Below are positions 7,572 to 14,516 of a stretch of 14,516 bases of DNA, piece after piece; positions within the stretch are counted from its first letter, which is position 1, and every line of letters begins with the position of its first letter. The notes below the pieces were generated by a model that did no database searches, was not told where the DNA came from, and saw only the letters and a list, made by a program, of their open reading frames with translations. The position numbers were made by a program, and so were the translations under genes. The DNA is from Bacteroidota bacterium (lineage in GTDB: Bacteria > Bacteroidota > Bacteroidia > Flavobacteriales_D > Crocinitomicaceae): positions 1 to 14,516 of the forward strand of contig JBDKHH010000049.1 of the NCBI GenBank assembly GCA_039797785.1, given 5' to 3'.

Positions 7572-7602
7572 AAGACTAACTCATTGGGTTAGTCTTTTTT
7601 TT
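7572..7602 (+). terminator. Rho-independent terminator after the flotillin-like gene
   Basis: A perfect 9-bp stem AAGACTAAC / GTTAGTCTT with loop TCATTGG is followed by TTTTTTTT. Confidence 0.8.
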
Positions 7603-7647
7603 GATTCAATATTTCAATTTCAGCATTTAACTTTTCGGCAATTTGAG

Positions 7648-7655
7648 TATATTTG
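7648..7655 (+). promoter_or_regulatory. Candidate -7 box (TATATTTG) for pyrH-frr
   Basis: TAnnTTTG match 24 nt upstream of the pyrH ATG. The TTG 'start' of the ORF-track ORF (7653) lies inside this box, which argues against that extended start. Confidence 0.4.
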
Positions 7656-7679
7656 CGCAGTCCAAATAAAACCCAACAA

Positions 7680-8387
7680 ATGAAATACAATCGAATTCTT
7701 CTGAAATTAAGCGGTGAATCTCTAATGGGAGAAAAACAATTCGGTATCGATAACAATCGATTGGCTGAATATGCAAAACAAATTAAAGAAGTGCACGATC
7801 AAGGTGTAGAAATTGCGATTGTAATTGGTGGTGGAAACATTTTTAGAGGCGTTCAAGCCGAAGAAGGTGGAATGGACCGTACACATGGTGATTACATGGG
7901 AATGTTAGCAACCATGATCAACTCAATGGCTTTGCAAGCAGCGTTAGAATCTGCAGGAATCAAAACGCGTTTGCAATCGGCAATTGAAATGAAGGAAATT
8001 GCTGAACCGTATGTAAGAAGAAGAGCAGTGCGTCATTTAGAAAAAGGACGTGTTGTTATTTTTGGTGCTGGAACAGGAAATCCATTTTTCACAACAGATT
8101 CAGCGGCTTCATTGAGAGCAATTGAAATCAATGCCGATGTAATTTTGAAAGGTACACGTGTTGATGGAATTTATACAGCTGATCCGTTTAAAGATGCAAA
8201 CGCAACAAAATTTGAATCAATTAGCTTTGATGATGTGTATGCAAAAGGGTTGAACGTTATGGATATGACTGCATTTACATTGTGTAAAGAAAATAATCTT
8301 CCAATTATTGTGTTTGATATGGACACACCAGGTAATTTGAAAAAATTATTGGACGGTGAAAAAGTTGGAACAATCGTTAAAAACTAG
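7680..8387 (+). CDS. pyrH: UMP kinase (uridylate kinase)
   Basis: [24 protein letters not shown]...[10 protein letters not shown]...[19 protein letters not shown] carries the amino-acid-kinase-fold UMPK signatures. The ATG at 7680 gives the conserved [12 protein letters not shown]-terminus. Confidence 0.9.
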   Translation: MKYNRILLKLSGESLMGEKQFGIDNNRLAEYAKQIKEVHDQGVEIAIVIGGGNIFRGVQAEEGGMDRTHGDYMGMLATMINSMALQAALESAGIKTRLQSAIEMKEIAEPYVRRRAVRHLEKGRVVIFGAGTGNPFFTTDSAASLRAIEINADVILKGTRVDGIYTADPFKDANATKFESISFDDVYAKGLNVMDMTAFTLCKENNLPIIVFDMDTPGNLKKLLDGEKVGTIVKN

Positions 8388-8418
8388 AATTGACTATAAT
8401 TGAATAAAATCTAATAGT

Positions 8419-8982
8419 ATGATCGAGGATTTACAAATGATATATGACGAGTTTAAAGCTTCAAATCAAAAGTCTTTAACTCACTTAGATAGCGAACTGT
8501 TGAAAGTAAGAGCGGGTAAAGCGACTCCAGCGATGTTAAACGGTGTAATGGTAGATTACTATGGTTCACCAACACCAATTCAACAAGTAGCGAATGTTGG
8601 TACTGCAGATGCGCGTACAATCACAATTCAACCTTGGGAAAGAACAATGTTGAATGAAATTGCAAAAGGAATCATCAATTCAAATCTTGGATTTGCACCA
8701 CAAAACAATGGTGAAATGTTGATTATTTCAGTTCCACCTTTAACAGAGGAACGACGTAAAGAACTTGTTAGGAAAGCGAAAGCGGAGGCAGAACATGCTA
8801 AAGTTGCAGTTAGAAATAACCGTAAAGATGCCTTGGACATGGTGAAAGACTTAAAAACGGATGGACTTTCAGAAGACATGGCAAAGGATGCTGAAACTGA
8901 AATTCAGAATATCACGAATGCATTTATCAAAAAGGTGGATGAAGTGGTTGACCAGAAAGAAAAAGAGATTATGACAATCTGA
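8419..8982 (+). CDS. frr: Ribosome recycling factor
   Basis: 187 aa with ...LKVRAGKATPAMLNGVMVDYYGSPTPIQQVANVGTADARTITIQPWE...LTEERRKELVRKAKAEAEHAKVAVRNNRKDA, typical RRF. Confidence 0.9.
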   Translation: MIEDLQMIYDEFKASNQKSLTHLDSELLKVRAGKATPAMLNGVMVDYYGSPTPIQQVANVGTADARTITIQPWERTMLNEIAKGIINSNLGFAPQNNGEMLIISVPPLTEERRKELVRKAKAEAEHAKVAVRNNRKDALDMVKDLKTDGLSEDMAKDAETEIQNITNAFIKKVDEVVDQKEKEIMTI

Positions 8983-8988
8983 TATATG

Positions 8989-9016
8989 AAAGGCGCTTTT
9001 AAAGGCGCCTTTTTAT
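8989..9016. terminator. Bidirectional rho-independent terminator shared by frr (+) and the convergent OmpA-family gene (-)
   Basis: The stem AAAGGCGC / GCGCCTTT (8 bp) with loop TTTTAAAG is flanked by A-run/T-run context on both strands. It overlaps the stop codon of the minus-strand gene at 9013-9015. Confidence 0.7.
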
Positions 9017-10194
9017 TTAAGTACAATTTCTACTCTACGATTCGCTTGTTCTTCATAAGCAAGCTTGGCATTCGGATAAATAGGTTTGGTATTTCCATAA
9101 CCAACAGAAATCATTCTATTTTTATCAATGCCATGATCTGCCAAATAAATCAACACACGTTTGGCTCTTGCCTCAGAAAGTTTTTGTGCACTAATTGAAT
9201 TTTCTCCGACCATATAAACATGTCCTTGAATTTCGATATTGATTTCAGCATTTGACGCCATAAAATCTTTTAAACGGTTCAATTTACCCTCAGATCCAGT
9301 CATAAACTCACTTGTTCCTGGTTTAAATTCAATTTCTTCGATTTGTAAACTTGAACCTTTTTTCAATCGTTGCATTTTCAAATTCACTACTTGTTCACTA
9401 TTCGCTACAAGTTCAAGCTCTTTGTCAACAAAAAAGTATCCTTCTGCATCACATTTAATGTAAATTCTCCCCGATCGAGTTACATTCAGAAATATATCAC
9501 TTCCGCTATAAAGAGCTGTCATCTCCTTTGATCCTTCAATCGTAATGTTTGCAATAATGGGTTCATTGGTTTCGACGTCACGTACAGTAATAGAAAAACT
9601 TGGTGCAAATTCATCGTTTCGTTCGTCAATTATTTTGGTCTCATTTAAAGCGTGCTCCAAAACATTTTCTGCTGCGAAGTTGAAGTTGAGTTGGAGAATT
9701 CCTTTCGATTTCTCACTTGTAGCAAATCCAATCAGTATTTTCTGATTTGCAGAAAGCGTCATTGGATATAAAAAACCATTTTTCACATTGATGTCCAAAC
9801 CAACCGATGGTAAATCTTTTCCTTTGTAAATACGTTTTACTTCGGCAACACCTCTTGGTAATTCACTGCAAATGTTGTTTTCCATTTCCTCAAAAATGAC
9901 CATTTGCAAATAGTCGTTCGGTAAACTTGCTTTCAACGATAAAACACCATCACTCGGAGCGATATAGCTTATCCAGACAATATTATTTTCTGAGATATCT
10001 GTTAAGGATGGATAGTTGCTTAATTCAGGTTTTTGTCCACCACTTGCTGTAAATTGAACCGAGTAATTACCAGATTTAAAGATGTTAACAGCGCCTTCAC
10101 AATCGGCAATAGAAAACGTCTCAATCTTTTTTGCTTGCGAAAAAAGAAAAGTCGAAAATAAGACGAATACAATTATTAACCTTAAATTTACCAT
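9013..10194 (-). CDS. OmpA-family protein: signal peptide, ~270-aa N-terminal domain of unknown function, C-terminal OmpA/MotB peptidoglycan-binding domain
   Basis: The C-terminus ...INIEIQGHVYMVGENSISAQKLSEARAKRVLIYLADHGIDKNRMISVGYGNTKPIYPN...ANRRVEIVLK is a clear OmpA-like domain. The N-terminus MVNLRLIIVFVLFSTFLFSQA is a signal peptide. ATG at 10194 is preferred over the TTG at 10218, which sits in the promoter box. Confidence 0.8.
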   Translation of the reverse strand: MVNLRLIIVFVLFSTFLFSQAKKIETFSIADCEGAVNIFKSGNYSVQFTASGGQKPELSNYPSLTDISENNIVWISYIAPSDGVLSLKASLPNDYLQMVIFEEMENNICSELPRGVAEVKRIYKGKDLPSVGLDINVKNGFLYPMTLSANQKILIGFATSEKSKGILQLNFNFAAENVLEHALNETKIIDERNDEFAPSFSITVRDVETNEPIIANITIEGSKEMTALYSGSDIFLNVTRSGRIYIKCDAEGYFFVDKELELVANSEQVVNLKMQRLKKGSSLQIEEIEFKPGTSEFMTGSEGKLNRLKDFMASNAEINIEIQGHVYMVGENSISAQKLSEARAKRVLIYLADHGIDKNRMISVGYGNTKPIYPNAKLAYEEQANRRVEIVLK

Positions 10195-10206
10195 CTGTGA
10201 ACAAAT

Positions 10207-10235
10207 CAAATGTACCAAAGATTTTCATTTACAAA
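10207..10235 (-). promoter_or_regulatory. Candidate promoter for the OmpA-family gene (minus strand): -7 TACATTTG (rc of 10207-10214) and -33 TTTG (rc of ~10232-10235)
   Basis: Both elements match the Bacteroidetes consensus with a ~17-nt spacer. The -7 box ends ~12 nt before the ATG, implying a very short leader. Confidence 0.35.
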
Positions 10236-10267
10236 AAATAATAATGCGTTAAAAAATTGATAAACTG

Positions 10268-10633
10268 ATGGATACACTCTATAATCGAATAGGATCTGAC
10301 AATTTGAAGCAACTTATCGACGCTTTTTATGATTTTGTGTTCGCTAATGAAAAAATCGGGCCATTATTTCAGAATGACAAAGAGGAAATTAAAGAAAAAC
10401 AATTTTTGTTCTTAACCCAATTTTTGGGAGGTCCTGGAGTTTATTCTGAACGTTTTGGTCATCCCAAAATGCGTGCAAGACATATTCCACACAAAATAAC
10501 ACTTGAAGCAAAAGAAGAATGGTTAAAATGCATGCGAATGGCCATTGACACTTTAGATCAATTAGATGATGCGTTGAAAGTTGAATTGTATATGTGTTTC
10601 CCGCAAGTGGCGCAGCACATGGTGAATTCTTAA
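10268..10633 (+). CDS. Truncated haemoglobin (2/2 Hb, group II-like)
   Basis: 121 aa: LYNRIGSDNLKQLIDAFYDFV...FLTQFLGGPGVYSERFGHPKMRARHIPHKITLEAKEEWLKCMRMAI follows the trHb pattern (GGP motif, proximal His in MRARH.P). Confidence 0.8.
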   Translation: MDTLYNRIGSDNLKQLIDAFYDFVFANEKIGPLFQNDKEEIKEKQFLFLTQFLGGPGVYSERFGHPKMRARHIPHKITLEAKEEWLKCMRMAIDTLDQLDDALKVELYMCFPQVAQHMVNS

Positions 10634-12019
10634 TTACATCGAGAGCTTTAAATCGCCTGTTGTGTTAATGCGAATGATCAATTGATTTAATTGAGGATAA
10701 ATGCCAACAAGTTTCAAGTCTTTTACTTTACCATTCAATTTAACTCCTTCCGTTAACTCACGATTCATTTCTTTTTGAACCATAGTTTTCATTTCATCCA
10801 AATGAGGTGTCAAATCGAAGATGGCATACTCACGCATCATATTCGTGATTTTTGAATTGAACATCCATTTTGCTGATTTCAACAAAGCGTCTTTCGTTTT
10901 TAAATCAAACGTTAAATCTGGAAAATAGATTTTTTGAGCGGTTGAATCAAAAACAGGCGTCCCGACTAAATAAAGTGTTCCCTTACGTTTTCCTTCAAAA
11001 TCTACTTTTAAATTCAATTGTTTATTCGCTGCTCCTTGAATTTCAATTCCCGTAAAAATCACTTCATTGTTCTTAATCGTAACACTTTTCCCTTTTAATT
11101 CACTAGTCAAAATTGAGCTCAACGAATCGTATCCAGCAACAATATCCACATCGATATTGAATCCTTTGTGCGCTTTGTGTTCACTTAAATTCGGCAGTTT
11201 CGGAACAACCATTTCAGGTTTATGCGTGCTGATTTGTGGAGTAAACGTTAAACTCAAATCAACATAAGCCACTTTTTTATCAAAACGAACATCACTCAAA
11301 GAAACCGCTTTTGGATAGGCAGTAAAATAACCGTATTTGCCAAGGGATGTTGGACTAGCTAACATCTTCCATACTTCTTCAATGTCTGATCGAATGTTGA
11401 TCGAAGCAATTTGTTCGTCAATAACTTTTTCAAGGTCATTCAATACAGTCGTCACTTCTTTTCTTAGTTTATCGGTTGCGTTATAATTGAATACGGTTAT
11501 CTCACAGGGATCAATCGTTTGGAATTTTGTTAATTGAGTCGAAGTCTTAAATTTAAAATCAGGTGATATTTTAAATCGTGTGGTATATGCAACAGAAACA
11601 CGTCGCATTGGTTCTCCAACACCGCAACTGGCATAAATACGTGGAATAACGCAGCTTCCTTTTGAATCAAACAAGGAAGTGCATTCTGGACAATAATTCA
11701 AATACAATAAGTATTTTCCGTCAACATCATAGGATAAATATTCTCCTTTTCCATCAAATTGAATGGGTTCACGTGTGAATTTATAGGAATAACTAACGCC
11801 TTCACAGTTTTCCTCTTTGCCCGTAAATGTTTTTGGTAAAGATTTCTCAGTAAGTGTTAAATAGGGTTGAAGATCAATTTTGATTGGTAAACTTAAGGTT
11901 GATTCCCGATGACTGATTTCAGGTACTTCTTCCAATTGTGTCTCAGGAACAACGGGTTCAATTGTTTTACAACTGAATAAAATTGAAAGTAAGCTTAAAC
12001 TAAAAATGAGTTGTTTCAT
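10634..12019 (-). CDS. Hypothetical lipoprotein, 461 aa, Cys-rich N-terminal third (possibly a DUF4403-like Bacteroidetes family; family assignment uncertain)
   Basis: MKQLIFSLSLLSILFSCKT has a lipobox (LFS-C). Eight Cys cluster in ENCEG, NYCPECTS, GSCVIPRIYASCGVG and DPCEIT. The start overlaps the upstream gene stop by 4 bp (ATGA). Its stop abuts the trHb stop. Confidence 0.75.
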   Translation of the reverse strand: MKQLIFSLSLLSILFSCKTIEPVVPETQLEEVPEISHRESTLSLPIKIDLQPYLTLTEKSLPKTFTGKEENCEGVSYSYKFTREPIQFDGKGEYLSYDVDGKYLLYLNYCPECTSLFDSKGSCVIPRIYASCGVGEPMRRVSVAYTTRFKISPDFKFKTSTQLTKFQTIDPCEITVFNYNATDKLRKEVTTVLNDLEKVIDEQIASINIRSDIEEVWKMLASPTSLGKYGYFTAYPKAVSLSDVRFDKKVAYVDLSLTFTPQISTHKPEMVVPKLPNLSEHKAHKGFNIDVDIVAGYDSLSSILTSELKGKSVTIKNNEVIFTGIEIQGAANKQLNLKVDFEGKRKGTLYLVGTPVFDSTAQKIYFPDLTFDLKTKDALLKSAKWMFNSKITNMMREYAIFDLTPHLDEMKTMVQKEMNRELTEGVKLNGKVKDLKLVGIYPQLNQLIIRINTTGDLKLSM

Positions 12020-12561
12020 TGAATGCGTTTTAGATAAACCTTTTGGTTGTAATTCGGTTTGAAACTAGTGACTTTATACGTTTCATTGTCGTCTCCTTCT
12101 GGGATTGAAGTTGTTATTGTTGTTGGATAAAACAAATTTCCACCAAACATTTCAAAGCGAATCACATCATTTTCCAAGGACATGCTACACGTATGAATTG
12201 TTCCAAGTACTTCAAATAACGAGAAAAACGTGTTGTTAAAATACGTCATGTCAATGATAATGCCATCCAATTCGTCCAATTTAAAATTATTCGGAAGTGA
12301 GTCAGCCGGTTGAATAATGCGATAATCCTTAATCATTTCACCGTATTTCTCGCTTTTGTAACACATTCTATAAGTCCAAACAGAATCTTTGGTTACTTCC
12401 TTAAATTCAAACTCAACAGCCACTTCGTCGTTCATGCCAGTTGTACTAGTTACGTGCATGATTCCAGCATATTTTCCTATCCACAAATTCGGATTAAAAT
12501 CTTGTGCCTTACCAAGAAACGAGGAAAGAACAACTAAGAAAGAAAGTAGAATTTGCTTCAT
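12016..12561 (-). CDS. Hypothetical secreted protein, 181 aa, with signal peptide
   Basis: MKQILLSFLVVLSSFLGKAQ is a signal peptide. The gene is translationally coupled to the downstream lipoprotein gene. I recognise no family. Confidence 0.7.
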   Translation of the reverse strand: MKQILLSFLVVLSSFLGKAQDFNPNLWIGKYAGIMHVTSTTGMNDEVAVEFEFKEVTKDSVWTYRMCYKSEKYGEMIKDYRIIQPADSLPNNFKLDELDGIIIDMTYFNNTFFSLFEVLGTIHTCSMSLENDVIRFEMFGGNLFYPTTITTSIPEGDDNETYKVTSFKPNYNQKVYLKRIQ

Positions 12562-12581
12562 GAACGAATCTTTTTGACATG

Positions 12582-12612
12582 AAAAAGGGCTCTACAGTGT
12601 AAAGCCCTTTTT
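12582..12612. terminator. Bidirectional terminator between icd (-) and the 181-aa gene
   Basis: AAAAAGGGCT - loop - AGCCCTTTTT: a GC core GGGCT / AGCCC with A/T extensions. On the minus strand the hairpin is followed by TTTTTC, downstream of the icd stop at 12628. Confidence 0.65.
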
Positions 12613-12627
12613 GTATTTAAGTATGTT

Positions 12628-14516
<1,889 letters not shown>

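Noticed and set aside
8986-9745. Plus-strand ORFs 8986..9198, 9239..9463, 9545..9745 (66-74 aa)
   Set aside because: All are nested antisense within the well-supported OmpA-family gene. They are low-complexity Ser/Phe/Ile-rich translations typical of AT-rich shadow frames.
10870-11267. Plus-strand ORFs 10870..11055 and 11067..11267
   Set aside because: Antisense shadows inside the 461-aa lipoprotein gene.

Overview
The window (~34% GC) is a core housekeeping chromosomal segment, most likely from a Bacteroidota/Flavobacteriia genome. The taxon call rests on Bacteroidetes-type TAnnTTTG -7 promoter boxes upstream of several genes, the absence of Shine-Dalgarno sequences, an rplM-rpsI-rpsB-tsf arrangement in one unit, and a monomeric-type isocitrate dehydrogenase. 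Plus strand, left to right: a three-gene operon (membrane-anchored coiled-coil protein, single-RRM RNA-binding protein, crotonase-fold enoyl-CoA hydratase/isomerase) ending in a terminator; a 440-bp structured intergenic region; rplM, rpsI, rpsB, tsf and a strong terminator; a flotillin/SPFH-family membrane protein (651 aa) with its own promoter and terminator, inserted where tsf and pyrH are usually adjacent; pyrH and frr ending in a bidirectional terminator. Further right: a convergent OmpA-family gene (minus strand); a divergently transcribed truncated haemoglobin (plus strand); two overlapping exported-protein genes (minus strand), one a Cys-rich lipoprotein; another bidirectional terminator; and the 3' 1.9 kb of a monomeric NADP-isocitrate dehydrogenase gene (minus strand) that runs off the window edge. 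I see no CRISPR array, transposase, integrase, toxin-antitoxin pair or recognisable defence genes, so there is no strong candidate for a novel system. The points most worth a second look are: the flotillin insertion in the tsf-pyrH junction; a ~36-bp imperfect inverted repeat pair flanking ~190 bp upstream of the rplM promoter; a structured rpsI-rpsB spacer; a 12/13-mer recurring just downstream of two terminators; and an uncharacterised exported two-gene module that abuts the convergent globin gene with zero intergenic bases.
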